Positions 21,928 through 35,046 of a DNA stretch of 64,000 nt are shown piece by piece. This DNA is from Piedraia hortae CBS 480.64. Lineage: Eukaryota. The DNA is taken from contig MU006007.1 of NCBI GenBank assembly GCA_010093745.1, positions 1 to 64,000 on the forward strand, read 5' to 3'. The notes under the pieces were generated by a model. The model did not search any database and was not told the origin of the DNA. It saw only the letters and a list, made by a program, of their open reading frames with translations. Positions within the stretch are counted from its first letter, which is position 1. Every line of letters starts with the position of its first letter. Both the position numbers and the translations under genes were made by a program.

Positions 21928-22659
21928 CTAATCCACGTAGTCATTAGTTCTCTGCCACTTGTGAAACCATGAGTCAGTGTTGTCAACTGTTTCTCGTCGT
22001 CTCCGTTTTCCGGCTCCGGTACCCAAAGGGCCCTTTTGCTGTGGGACATCGGAATTACCCATGGATGTGTCACCGTTACTGTCGAACATGTTCCGGTAAT
22101 TGTCGATATTGTCACTTGTTATCCAGCCTGTTGCTCCTGGTGCTGTCATGTCCTCATCCCCATCATCATCTCGTGGGCTAGGGTTGAGCTCTTGGCATGC
22201 CACTGAGGCTTGATAAAGCTTCTTCACATCACCAGGTCCAATCGGGGAAAGGCGAAGATGGAGAAACTCACGCTCTTCTTCGTCATCGCCTGGGTCGTTG
22301 GGATCGGATAGTGCGATTTCGTAGATTACAGTCTGGTTTTCGAGGGCGTGCATGGTGATCATCTGGTATCGGAACCTTACACCGCGACGGGTGAGGCGAC
22401 TCCAGAGATCCAGATGTGTTGAGAAAACCCATATGTCGACTATAGTTTCTTCTTCCTCTGTCGCGTTGGTGTAATTGGGGAATAGAGAGGCAAAGTCTGG
22501 CCGCAGTGAGAGGTCCAAAGTCGGCACCCGCAGGGCCGCCTGGCTATGGAAGTGTAATATCGGTTTATGGGCGAAAAAAGTGTCTGGCGTTAGCTTTTCA
22601 TAGTCGCTCAGAGTGATATAATCTTCCTTTGCCGGATCTTTTGTTAGAGTCTGCGCCAT
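21928..22659 (-). CDS. pICln/Lot5-like (Voldacs domain) protein
   Basis: TPDTFFAHKPILHF, YQMITMHA, LYQASVACQELNP, acidic stretch and PGATGWITSDN resemble fungal pICln family members. Confidence 0.7.
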   Translation of the reverse strand: MAQTLTKDPAKEDYITLSDYEKLTPDTFFAHKPILHFHSQAALRVPTLDLSLRPDFASLFPNYTNATEEEETIVDIWVFSTHLDLWSRLTRRGVRFRYQMITMHALENQTVIYEIALSDPNDPGDDEEEREFLHLRLSPIGPGDVKKLYQASVACQELNPSPRDDDGDEDMTAPGATGWITSDNIDNYRNMFDSNGDTSMGNSDVPQQKGPLGTGAGKRRRRETVDNTDSWFHKWQRTNDYVD

Positions 22660-23167
22660 TTGTATGCCGTTGTTGACGTTGCCAGGAAGCTGCGTAGGGG
22701 TCCACGCTAAGGCCGAAAAGGTAAGCTTTGTGATTGGTGGATTCGTCTCACTTCTGGTGGAACGCAGCAATCGTTTGCCGATCTTTTCGCGATGACAGCA
22801 GTGGACGAAGTAAACTGGGCTGCTCCGCTACAAGGAACTCGGGCCACATTAATGCCATCAAACTGCGTAGCTCGTCAGGCCGGCTTGGTGCCTTGAACAG
22901 AATCTCTGAACATATCCTCAGTTCCGATTGGCACAAAGTCACGGGGATTAGCATCTTGTAAGCCTCGTTTCTTGTTCGCCGCCACCAATCATTTCAATCC
23001 TCCGGTTACAGATTTTGCCTCGAACCTTATTTCAACCTACAAAGTTGCCTTTTTCAACAGGCAGCAGTGGAATGGCAAGCCTTGGCTCACAATTGACAAG
23101 CTCGTAGACTATCCTTGGATTTGTAGGCCCCATCAGTATCATACAGCGTAGGCATTTGACCAAATAC

Positions 23168-23173
23168 CACGTG
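23168..23173. promoter_or_regulatory. CACGTG E-box (possible Pho4/NUC-1/PalcA site) upstream of the SPX-EXS gene
   Basis: Exact CACGTG about 170 bp before the ATG of a phosphate-related gene. A single hexamer could be chance or a Cbf1 site. Confidence 0.3.
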
Positions 23174-23340
23174 AATTTATCTGAGCGGACATCAGCCAAA
23201 TAAAGCGCATCGGAGCATGCTGACTAAGCATGACGTCCAATTTTTGGTAACAGCGAAGAGGCAACGTCACAACAAAACGACTTGCGCCCTAGGCAGTACC
23301 AATCCTTTCACTTCTGTGATGAAGCGTTCAAGCGTGCATT

Positions 23341-26300
23341 ATGAAATTCGCCAAAGAACTGGAGGAGAAAGCTATTCCCGAGTGGCGCGATCAATATCTC
23401 GATTACAAGGGCGGTAAGAAGAAGCTCAAAGCCGTTAGCAGAGCGCTGCGTGAGGTGGACGAGAGTGCAGGCGGCAGACATTCTTTTCGTCGTCGAAGAT
23501 CAAGCGTATCATCCGCTCCGGCGCGACACAGGACTTTTACCAGCACCAGCCCGACCACAAGTAGTGCCCAAAATGCCGAACATAGCATGTCGGTCGGTGA
23601 GCGTAGCCCGCTAAGGAGACAAGTGCCAGGTATGGCTTCAGCAGTCCAGAAGACATAGCTTTCCCTGTGACGGAATCTAATGTGAGCCAGGTAAACTGAG
23701 GATGACCCGCTATGGTAGCATCATAGGAAGCCCACCAAGAAATAAGGCGTCATCGTCAAGTGCATTAAATGTCATACCAGCGTTGGAGCTTCCCCCACCA
23801 GCCATGCCAGGCGATTCAAATCTCGTTTCGCAAGAAAACAGTGACAACAGGTTAGTGTGAAAGTAATGTTGAAATCCTTCTGATGCGGGTAGGCCACCTA
23901 GTTCTCCTATGTCACCACGGACTACAAGTACTGATACGAGATCAGTGAGACCCCGCCACGTTGCATTTGGGGCGCAAGGTATCCCTGAAAACGAACCATC
24001 TCTACAACCTACACTGTCTGCGACATCCACTGCTCCTACCAATGTTGTCTCCGAAAGCAATACCATAGCTGAGGCTAAACGCCATTTCAACCACTGCAAG
24101 GCAGAATTCTTCTCATTTCTTGACCAGCAACTAGACAAAATAGAAGACTTCTACCGGGTGAGCAGTTCATGCCAATGTGGTATAAGAGCTAATTCAGGAA
24201 CAGGAAAAAGAAGAATCAGCAGCGGAGCGGCTTGAAGCTCTAAGAGAACAGTTGCATATCTTACGAGAACAACGTATGGAAGATATCTCTGCTACACGAG
24301 AGCAAACGAGCCCGCTTCTGCATGGTCATGAACAGCCTGTTCGGTCGAATAACGTAGATGAGGCAGCAGTTCAAGCGAACGTGCTGAGGACATCAGCAGA
24401 GGCCTCCCGCGAAATCCTTGGGAGGATCCGTCATGGACGGCCTGGTAAAACTAGCAAAGCCATGGGTCAACTTGGCTCGCCGCAGGGCCTTGAGGGCCGG
24501 CAATACCAAGACTACACCAGGAGGGATGCGAACAAAGTGCCTCCATATCGAGCTGCCAAGAGAAAACTAAAGCTTGCCCTGGCTGAGTACTACAGGGGGC
24601 TGGAGCTGGTGAAGTCGTATGCTCTGCTGAACCGAGTCGCGTTTCGAAAGATTACCAAAAAGCTCGACAAAGTTATATTATCCAATCAGGGTCAACATTA
24701 CATTAGAGAAAGGGTAGAGCCTGCATATTTTGTGCAGTCTGATGCCCTGGAAACTATGATGCAAGCTGTCGAGGACCTCTACGCTCGTTACTTTGAAAGA
24801 GGCAATCGAAAGGCGGCAGTGGGTAAACTGCGAAACAGTGGAGCCAGGGAAGGTGCTTATTATGCTGCTGCCCTGCGGACTGGCTTGGTTCTTGGGACTG
24901 GTGCGGTGTTTGGCATACAGGGGCTGGTGCAAGCCTGTATCAGACTGTCTCATCCACTCACCATATCTGACGAAACCACTACCAACTTTCTACTGCAATT
25001 ATACGCCGGGTATCTCCTCTTATGGCTACTGGTCATGCTTTTCTGCATCGACGCAGCCATCTTCACCAAGTACCGAATTAATTATCCATTCATTTTCGAA
25101 TTCGATGCAAGAAGTGTGCTGAACTGGAAAGAAGCAATAGAGCTGCCCGCATGGTTCGGCCTACTGCTTGGGTTTGCCGTCTGGCTCAACTTTAGTAGGT
25201 GGAGTCCGGATGTGATGTGAGTTAATCCATGTCTATGCGTGAACGTTACTGACAATAATCAAGGTACATCTACTGGCCTGTAGTCCTCGTCGGAGCAGCA
25301 GCGATCCTATTCTGTCTGCCGCCGCCATTCTTCTACTGGTCGAGCAGACGCTGGATGCTAGTTAGCAACTTCCGTCTGCTGCTGGCGGGAGTCTACCCAG
25401 TAGAGTTCCGCGACTTCTTCCTTGGCGACATGTACTGTTCCCAAACCTATTCCCTAGGTAACATTGAACTATTCTTCTGCCTGTACGCCAAGCACTGGCA
25501 ATCAACAGGATCCTGTGGGTCCTCTCAAAGCCGCACATTCGGCTTTCTCCAGACCCTCCCGGGCATCTGGCGTCTACTCCAATGCCTCCGCCGTTACCAC
25601 GACAGTGGCCTGTGGACCCACCTCGCCAACGCAGCAAAGTACACCTGCACCATCCTGCAATACGCCAGCTTAAGCGTCTGGCGCATCAGCGGCACATCAA
25701 ACCACAGCATGATGGCCTTCTTTATCGTCTGCGCCGCCTCAAACTCAATCTACTGCACCTTCTGGGACCTCAACTACGACTGGAGCATGTCTCTCGACGC
25801 ATCGCGTAACCCCCCTCTCCTCCGCGATGGGCTTTCCTTCAGAAAACACCTCTGGTGGTACTACGCAGCCATGGCCCTAGATGCCATTCTCCGCTGGAAC
25901 TGGACCCTATACATCATTTTCCGCCACTCCACAAAACACAATACCATTGTCTCCTTCTGCATCGCCCTCTCTGAGGTCTTCCGCCGCGGCGTCTGGGTCA
26001 TCTTCCGCGTTGAAAACGAACACGTAACAAATGTAACTCGTCTCCGAGCTCAGCGTGATCTCGCATTACCGTATAAAATTCCCGACGGCTCGCGGCGGGA
26101 GGAGAGCACCTTCGCCTCGAACCCACAGGATCTGGAAACGGGACAGCATCATCAGACTGCTGAGCAGCAGGTTAATTCAAATGAGACGCGTATTCTCGGT
26201 GCCTCGGTCGTGGATATGATTAGAAAGGCGGGGAGCACGTTTCGAATGGCTCATAGTAGTGATTACGAGAGGAAGAAACCTGAAGATGACGGCAGTGCCG

Positions 26301-26389
26301 CGGATGTTGCTGCTGCTGCGGGTGCGGATGTGGATGACGAGGATGATGACGATGACGATGGGACGGAAGATGAAGGTGGTGGTGGGTAG
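23341..26389 (+). CDS. SYG1: SPX-EXS domain protein (Syg1/XPR1 family); introns 23630-23690, 23851-23892, 24158-24203, 25217-25263
   Basis: SPX motifs MKFAKEL...IPEWRDQYLDYKGGKKKLK, LDKIEDFY and LNRVAFRKITKKLDK; EXS motifs VEFRDFFLGDMYCS and EVFRRGVWVIFRVENEH. Four GT-AG introns restore one frame. Confidence 0.93.
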
Positions 26390-26890
26390 TATCCGCCATT
26401 TTAATTGTAGAATCCTATTAGTATTTTCATGCCTGATTATTTGAGCCCGTTGTAATGGGGTGTTGATGAGCCATTTCCATCTATATCTACTCGCGTGGTC
26501 GAGAGATGAGTGGCTGTGGAACTAGGTGACTGACGTTTGATAACCCATCTTCATCTCTCCCTCATGATTATGTCCATATCACAATTAAGAAAGGGTGCAC
26601 AAATTCTTGCCCTGGGAATGTTTTTTCGCTGATACTCTGGATCAAGTCCATCCACCAAAATCCTCGCCTCTTGTTCACTGCTTGTCTATAAAAATGTTTG
26701 AATGGTTGTGACAGCACCAGGAAACGACCGCGCATAGTCCAAGAGATCAAAAAAGGTGTGATTGTTGAACTTGTCGCACAGGAGAAGCCATCTGAGACCA
26801 TGTGAGTCTTTCAAAATGTCTGATGTAGACCTGCAGCTGTCCTGCAATACCCTCCCCTGGGTTGGATCTGTCAACCACATGCACTCACCA

Positions 26891-26910
26891 ATGTGATGTG
26901 ATGTGATGTG
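26891..26910. repeat. (ATGTG)4 microsatellite
   Basis: Read directly from the sequence. Confidence 0.85.
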
Positions 26911-28675
26911 CTGCCTGCGGTTAAACTCGATGACCAGGAACACTGCTTTCGATCCATCACGATGAGCCCCACGCTGCCACTCGAAGTCTCAGAAGTTTGC
27001 AGCGGTAATCTCATTTTCCCACGCATTTGCCCCAGGGAATGGCAACGCTTCGTGAATCAATTGCGATATTTAGCTCAACCCCCCATCTCGAGGGCGACGC
27101 GCTGTGCCCAGCGATAGCAGGATCATAGCTGCCATGAAGTGGACCTGGATCGCCGAAAGTAGTGATAGGGCTGTCGAGCGCCCCACCTCGCGAGTTAAGG
27201 AGGACGGGGACATCCACTCTTGAAGACAACATCGTGAATCCTTTGAAGTACCAGCTCAAAATCACTTCCCATCTCGAGGGCTACGCGCTGCAGTTAGCGA
27301 GAAAGGCATCATTGCTGCCGTTAAATGGATTTGACTGCAGGACTGTCTGGTGAGCATGACTTCCGGACGAGCTGGAGAAGAAGACAGCTGGCTCCGGTAC
27401 GTTTTGCGTAGCGGCCACGAAGCTTTGAGTATCATCCGGCTATATCTGCCGCAGGATCGGTCGTCCGTTCCATCGCCGTCAGCCGGGGTGTCGCTACGGT
27501 TCTCGCCCTTATGTGGATCCAGACGTGCTCGTGAACATCGCGTGGGCTAGCATATTCACGGGGGCGTTGATTTGGAGGTTTGTCTAGGTTGGATTGTCTT
27601 CAGAGGTTTAGTGGTCATTAGCTCTTCGAGTTGAGCTTCCTCGGAGTGCTCGTCGTTGTCAGCACTGCGCGAATTTTAGTCACCTGGTCAGCTAGCTGTT
27701 CGTTGTCCGTTGTTAGTATGTTGGTACACAGCTTCCTCGAAGTGTTTTTCGTTGTTAATATTTCTTGACTTGAACTTCTTATTCCTGAGATCGCGTGCAC
27801 GCTTTCAGTCAGCTGTTCAGCTAACTTCGTTGTCCATGAACGGTATGTTGGTACCCCCACAAATGTATATTTTCCGTGTGAAGAAAATGGGCGGGAATTT
27901 CTTCCCTACTCCTGTTGTGCCTTGCGCAATCGGGACCCCTGATCCTCAACCGCTGGCATACTGGCTTCAAGATGGGATGGCTTCCCCCTTGCTCAGAGGG
28001 AAACATACTGGCAACTTTCTTCCCTGTCGAGGGTGGGAACGGGAAAATTCTTATCCCACTTCGGTGTGCATTTTCTCAAGGTATAAGCACGGTTGGGGAA
28101 ATCAGCGATTGGGTAGATGAATTTACCCCAGATCTGCGCACAGCAGTGATATATGGGTGGGTGAGTCAATGCATAACAGAAAGAATAGTACGGTGGAAGG
28201 AAAGACATGCAAGGCAGTGTCCCATCTCCAAGCTTAAACCTAGCGGCGTCGATCTAGGTGATCTTCACTGACATGAGCTCACCCTTTCTTCGTTATTGGG
28301 AGCTTGTTCTTATTAGTGAAGATGCAGCCTGTGAATTCACGCCAAACGCATTTGGACAGCCCATTACGTGCGAGTGCGTCCACGGGGGTTTAACTTTTCC
28401 CATACATATCTCTATTCGTCCCTTCGCCACCATGATGCATTTTCACATTCCTATGGAGTTCAAAAACTCCCCAAACCGAACTAATAGCAGAAACCTTCAA
28501 ACCAATAAACAAGTACTAAAGTCCATCTCGCCTCATGTCAAACTGAACATTCCACATACTGGCTCCATCACACTGATAAAAAATCTCGCATATCCACCAA
28601 CTACTGCAAAGCAGCACCACAAATACAAATACACGCCCACCAAACCTCTACCCCAAAATCTAAGTCTACACCCCC

Positions 28676-31133
28676 CTACCCCAAACTCTTTTGGTACGCC
28701 TCAAAAGCCTTCTTCTGCGCCTCAAACTCCTTCTTCAACTTTTTCGTTCTACTCTTCGGAAGTGTCTCCCCCTTGGTATCCTTGGTCGGAATCCCATCAT
28801 CATCCCAAGCGGAATACTCCTCGGTCTTGAACATCGTTTTGGGATCGATTTTCGCTTGTTCTTTGCGGGCCTTTTCTGCTTGTTCAGCCTTCAGCCGAGC
28901 ACGTTCCTTCTCTGCGGCTTTCGAGGCGGCGGCTTCTTCTTTTTTCGCGCGCTCGTCACGTTTGGATTGTGAGAGGGGTCGCACGAGCGCGCCTTGGGGT
29001 GCTTCGCGGTCTTCGAGGTAGATGCCTAGATTCCAGAGCGTTTCGTTCCGGACATGGTCGCACGCGGCGAGGTACTCTTTCGCCGGGGCAGAGCGGGCGT
29101 GGAGGTCTGTGAGGGTGCGGTGGAAGGTTATTAAGGCTTCCGCATAGGGGTTTGGGGGTTTGGAGGTGTCGGGCGTTGGGATTTTGACTGTGATCTTGCC
29201 GGCAATGGCTTGGGTTCGAACTTGGTCGCGGAGGTGGGAGAGTGGGTAGATGTATTGTTGCGCTTCTTCGGGAATTTCGATTCCTGTCCAGCCGATGCGG
29301 GCGGGTTCTTGGCGCTCGCTGAGACCGAGGATGATCATCATCTCGGTGAGCCAGCGGCCGACAGCAAGGGTGGAGTTATCAGAGGGGTCTTTGGTGACGT
29401 TGTATTCGCCTACCAGGTCGGTCATGGCGCGCATGGCTCGGGGGGTGTCGAAGGAGTCGCAGAAGGCGTCGTAGACGTCTTTTTTGGCTTTGGTGAGTGC
29501 TTGATTGAGACTGCTGTCGTAAAGGGAGAGTCTGTTCATGTTAGGTCTTTGGCGGAGTTCAACCTCGCGCATGCGGAGGAAGGCAGTGTCCATGCGCTCT
29601 TCCCATGAACGACCGGCCTGAATGTAGGATTCTGTCAGTTCGAGCCCATCGTGCCAGCTCCCTAGCAGGAATGCAATCCGTATGCTACGCGGTGTCCAGT
29701 CCCCTTTCGCTAAGGCGTCTCGGACAGTGGTGAAATTCTTAAGAGACTTGCTCATCTTGCTGCCTTGGATGCTGAGATGGCCCATGTGAATAAAGTAGTT
29801 GACCCATTGCTTGCTTTCGCTTCCAGTAGAGGCCCAATACGCCTCGGACTGTGCGAGCTCGTTGTCGTGATGAGGGAATGCAAGATCAATGCCGCCAGAG
29901 TGGATATCCAACTGCTTGCCGAGAACATCTGAGGCCATGGCACTGCACTCAATGTGCCAGCCCGGTCGTCCTTTGCCCCAGTGTGATTCCCAACTAGGCT
30001 CCCCCTCTTTGGATGCTTTCCACAGCGCAAAATCGGCACCTGATCGCTTGAATCCCGTTGTTTTGGCCGCGAGCGAGCCCTCACCATCCTGCTGCAGCTC
30101 TTTGTTGTTTCGATTTGCCGGCTCAAGACGAGCATAAGCGCCTCCCGATGACTCCCAGGCTGTTGTATCGTAGTAAACCGACCCTTGGTGTTCGTAAGCA
30201 AAGCCGTGTGACTCAATCTGCTTGACAAAATCGACAATCTGGGGCCCATACTCAGTCACCCTGGTGATTTTGTCCGGTCGGCGCACATTGAGGGAGTCCA
30301 TGTCCTCGAAAAAGCGCTGCTCATAGCGCTTTGTAAGGGCTGTGAAGATCCCGTGGTCATCGCCAGAGACGGTGTGTTTTTCTTTAGCGTCGATATAGGG
30401 CAAAAGCACCCCAGAAGCATCACGCGAGAAAGATTCCAGGCTAGATTCAGACTGGTTCAAAGCTCTCGCAGCAGCTTCTGCGGTGCGCAAGTGCATTTTG
30501 ACCTTTGCTTCCGCATCACCTGGGGGGCTTTTCTTGTCAAGGCCGAGTCCTTCCTTGACATGACCGTAGGCGACATTGGCACGCTCCTCAAAATTAGTCG
30601 GTTCGGAGTTTTCGATCAGTGGCAGATTCTTAGCGACGTAAGCTCGCAAAGCCTGAGTGGTTGCTTCGTGCACTTCATCGTCAACCGACTCATGCTGGTC
30701 CAGCCAACGAGTCAAGAGATGCTGCTGACGAGCAGCCAGAATGATTTTGTCATCCACATCTGTAATGTTCATTACAAACTCAACATCATACTTGAAAAAT
30801 TCCTGCATGATACGTCGCACAATATCTGTGGAGACATAGTTCCGTGCGTGGCCCAAGTGCTTCAAAGTTAGTTTCACCCTGCACACAAAAGCATATGCTT
30901 ACAGCATCATCGTAAACGGTCGGACCACAAGCGTACCAACTAACTTTTCGGCCCTCGGGATCGATGGGGATAAATTGGTTCTTGGTACGGGTCAGGCTGT
31001 TGTGTATTTTGAGCGGATGCAAGGGTTCCTTTTTGGAAGTGGGAGCAGCCCACGGAGGTTGGGTAGCCATGGTTCGCCAGAAACGTTGTGAGGAGATGCA
31101 GTTTGAACGAGCTGCGAGGCCACGGTGGATCAT
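28676..31133 (-). CDS. CRS1: Cysteinyl-tRNA synthetase; intron 30860-30902; in-frame ATGs at 31133 and 31070
   Basis: WYACGPTVYDDA|HLGHARNY (HIGH motif), PGWHIECSAM, DIHSGGIDLAFPHHDNELAQ and KMSKS. Confidence 0.97.
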
Positions 31134-31849
31134 AAGCAGACAAGGCCAACCTGAAGCGCGTAGAATGTTTCGAGCTTATTCAGCGTTGCGCTTGAAACGT
31201 GTCAGCCATTGAAACGTCGCAGGATAATGGCATTAGGGTCGGAGGCAACCACGTTAGCCCCGGAACGGGCCGAAGAGATCGTCAGAACATCCTTGTGAAC
31301 TCCATGAGATTCGGAGAACGGGGGAACGGCGTGATAGAGGGATCAGACCGCGGATATCAGTTCGCATTGATGGCAGGGTCCGCGGCCTACCGAAGGGCGT
31401 CAGTCTAGCAATACTCTATACAGCCGACAAATTTTCACCATATCATAGGAGCCATACCAAGTGTTCACATCCTGTTCTCTCGACCTCCATGTCCTTTGAT
31501 CATCCACATTAACTCTTCAGCCATGCATCTTCCCACAGGCCCTCAGCCGTTGATCAATCGTATTGGCTGACGCTCAGCATCAACTAGAGTGGGAGGCAGA
31601 GGTCATCCACCCTCCTCCCCCCCCCACAAAGGTCAACGAAGTCCTAAAGGTTCGCCTCAAGGGATTGGAAAGAGCCCTCCTTCGGCACGCCCATGCTCCC
31701 CACCCAGGTACGCGGGATCTTGTAGCCGGTGAGACCCACGATCTGATCAACTATGTCAGCCACGTCGACTGGTTCTTCGCAATATTCGAACGGCATGCCG
31801 GTCACGGTGCTGTATAGCTAAGAAACGTCAGCATGGATGCGGCAAATCA

Positions 31850-32670
31850 AGAGATGCCCGAAATCTTACCAGACAACCCACGACCCACACGTCGATGCTG
31901 CTGCTCAGGCGCTGTCCAAAATGGCCTCCGGCGGCTGCAAGTAAGCTATCGCTGCCAAGCTTTGATGCTGCTCTATAAACGAAGACGACAATTCAAATAA
32001 TCTTCACCGCTGGGAGCCCGTATTTCAGATTAAACAGTATTGGACGACTGGAATACCAGTATCAAGGCATTCCACGCAAGGCTAATTGGTTTCTCCTCAT
32101 CTGGATAGGCCCAGTGAATATTAGAAAACCAGCATTTCCCACGGCCTTGGCGTCCAATGGGACTAAGAAGGCAGTGTTGCCAGGGTGTATGTCGCCATGC
32201 GTGATCCCAAGGCCGTGCAGGAAGCTAAGCGCGGCCAAAACTTGCTTGCCGATTCGCCTGGCCAGGCCGTTAGGAAGGCGATAATTATCTGCGCTGGCCA
32301 AGATATCTTGAAGCCTGGTACCAAGCAGCTGTATAGCCAGGCAGAGATGACTGCCGTTCGGCCCGAAATCAGCGCCTGAGCTCTACTACGAACGCGCGGC
32401 CTGGGTGCTCTAGCCTGCTTTCATAAATAATCGAAGGCTGTGGGACTCTGCAGAAAGGACATCGAGTCTTGAGACGGGGATCTTTAAAGCGATTATATCT
32501 CCCATACTACTGGGCTGTCAGTGCGTTCATCCACCATGATGAAAGAACAGCCTCCCCTGCGCCGCCCATGTCGTGGCGGCCGCCCCCAGTCTATCTTCTG
32601 AATCATTCTTGTCGAGCCGCCATCGAGGTGATCGCTGATGAAGGCCGGATGTAACCCACCTCGTTTCTTG
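31850..32670 (-). pseudogene. Decayed SRPK/CMGC-like protein kinase
   Basis: Kinase subdomain relics in the correct order but in different frames and with stops: GGLHPAFISDHL...IQKIDWG, ARRIGKQVLAALSFLHGLGITHGDIHPGN, YLQPPEAILDSA* and IDVWVVGCL. Confidence 0.75.
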
Positions 32671-33563
32671 TTGGCATGCGGTGCGTGGCTCGTGAGGAAC
32701 ATAAGCAAAGTCCCCACCCTGACCGGTAATGTGCAAACTCTCAACTTAGGAAAGCACGATCGGTGGCCACATGCACTAAAGGGGAAGGTCCACATCGGTC
32801 TCAGTTGCTCCAAAAGCAAGCCCCCTCAAAACATTTGTCAGAGAGGAAATGAACAGACCCACAAATCTACGAAGTCTTGCTTATGGATTGCACAGCCCTC
32901 CCTCGGAGATTAAAAGTCGTGATGTAGCTGTACCTTCGTCTGCCCAGGCTTTTGCAGACGTAAGGGCACTGTACAGTGAGGATAGCCTGTCGTAAGGTAG
33001 GGCAAACTGGACACTTTGTTGAAAATACCATATCCGCGTCGGAAAGGTGATTTGCGAGGCGTATCATGCTGACCGGCCACGGAGAATCATAATCCTTGTC
33101 GTTGCCCCACCATCACACGATGATGCGCATGCTCATAATTCGGCTGCCTACCATGCAGCTTCTTCCATAGCTTTGTCATTCAGTTCATCTCCTTGTCACT
33201 AGTCTATTGTACTTAATGCATAATGGTTGTTTGGCTGCAATGAAGAAGAAGTACTCTAGCAAGGAGTGTGAAAGAGGAAAAATTGTGCGTCATGTGGTGG
33301 GGTGCCAGGTGAAACGTTGGTGTGACGAAGTCTGGCTAGCGCGGGGCACACTCATCCGCTAACTTTTTGTACATGGAATGTTTCCAGGAGCGTGTAAAAG
33401 TTCTCCTACTTTGATGCAGAGCTCTCGTTCAGGTGATCTCGAGACTGCCCGGAAAGGATTATCAGCAGGTGTTTGTGGAATCCCAGGGCGGATGCTAGCG
33501 CAAGTGTCGATTACAAACGCTAATGCACAAAACACGACGCCCAACACTCCATCAATCAACACC

Positions 33564-34579
33564 ATGGACCGCGTGAAGCGCAAAACCCGCAAGGTCCTGC
33601 TCATGGGGCGCTCGGGAGCAGGCAAGACATCGATGAGGTCGATAATATTCAGCAACTATGTAGCCAAAGATGTGCGACGACTCGGCGCAACAGTTGATGT
33701 GGACTTCTCCAACTTCAGTTTCATGGGGAACCTGACACTGAACCTCTGGGACTGTGGCGGGTGAGGAGGCCGAGTCCTCTGCTAGGTAGCAAACTGATTC
33801 GAAGCAGCCAGGATTCCTTCACAGAGTCCTATTTCACCAAACGACGGAGTTACGTCTTCAGCGCGGCTGCTGTGTTGATCTTCGTGTTTGACATTTCTTC
33901 CCCAGAGGTGACGGCGGACATGGAAGCCTTTACCGCCACGGTGCGGGCGCTGAGGGAGCACAGCCCCAACGGCCGTATCTTCGTGCTCGTGCATAAAATG
34001 GATCTTGTCCCATTTGAGCGCAGAAGACGAGAATTCGAGCAGCGTGCGTTAGTGGTTCGGACAGTGTGTGCGAATGAAGGGTTCTCAAACAACCAAGTCG
34101 AGTGCTGGGCATCATCAATCTGGGATCAGACGTTGTACCGGGCATGGGCTCGGGTGATTCACGACTTGGTCCCACAGGTAGCTCAGCTCAAAAGCCGACT
34201 TCGTAAGCTGTCATATGTCATCGAGGCACGGGAAATGGTCATCTACGAACGCGTGACTTGCCTGGCAATAACACATGTCACAAGCGAGGCCGAGGAGGGC
34301 AATCCGTTCAAGGATCGTCATGAGCGCATCAGCAGTATTCTCAAAACCCACAAGCAGTCCATGGCCAAGCACGCCGGCTCAACGGGCGCAGTAGGTGATG
34401 TGGGAAACTTTGAAGAGCTTCAAATCAAGAGCGGCGGCGTGCAGTTCTTCGTCACCCGATTAACGGAGAATACGTTGGTGGCTGTAGTCATGGGAAGCGG
34501 TGAGAGCGAATTCAACGTGGCTCGCGTCAATGTGGCCTTGGCCCGGGCGGAGTTTAATTCCCTCGAAAGCAGTTTGTAA
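33564..34579 (+). CDS. GTR1: Rag GTPase Gtr1 (RagA/B); intron 33761-33807
   Basis: [45 protein letters not shown] and [12 protein letters not shown]. Confidence 0.95.
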
Positions 34580-35046
34580 CAGTGCAGATGTAATTTATCT
34601 TCTTGTGATCTTACACGATGAGCAGATGGAGTTTTTCTTCTTCTTCTTTTTTTTTTTTTCGCTCCAAAGTGCGGCAAAACTTTCCTCGCAAGGTCATCCA
34701 AAAGGGGAAATAGCGCTGCGGTTCCTCCGCGATAGATTAGGTGTGCTAAAAAAGAAAACAACCCAGCGTGACACAGAACCACTGTGATGGCGTTAAAGTT
34801 TTTCCTTTGTTCAGAGAGAGTGGCAAGTGATCGTGCACTGTGGGCTGTTGGGTGCAGAGTGACAACCCGTGGATGGTGTAACATCTGGTTGTTTTCTATC
34901 TGTGGATCTAGTGCATGGCATGTACCGTTCGGTTGATACATGCGGGCCAGGGTTCCTTCAAACGGTCCTCAGCCGAGATCGTAAAAATTTCGTATTATAA
35001 TTGTCTACTGGACAAGTGATCAAAGACAACAAAAAATCTTCGTCTA

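Noticed and set aside
23341..26389. Apparent frameshifts or pseudogenisation in SYG1 and other split ORFs
   Set aside because: All breaks are resolved by canonical GT-AG introns with branch sites.
33378..33563. 62-codon upstream in-frame ATG extension of Gtr1
   Set aside because: Gtr1 proteins begin just before RKVLLMG, ATG 33564 has good context (ACCATGG), and the extension has no motif. Not fully excluded.
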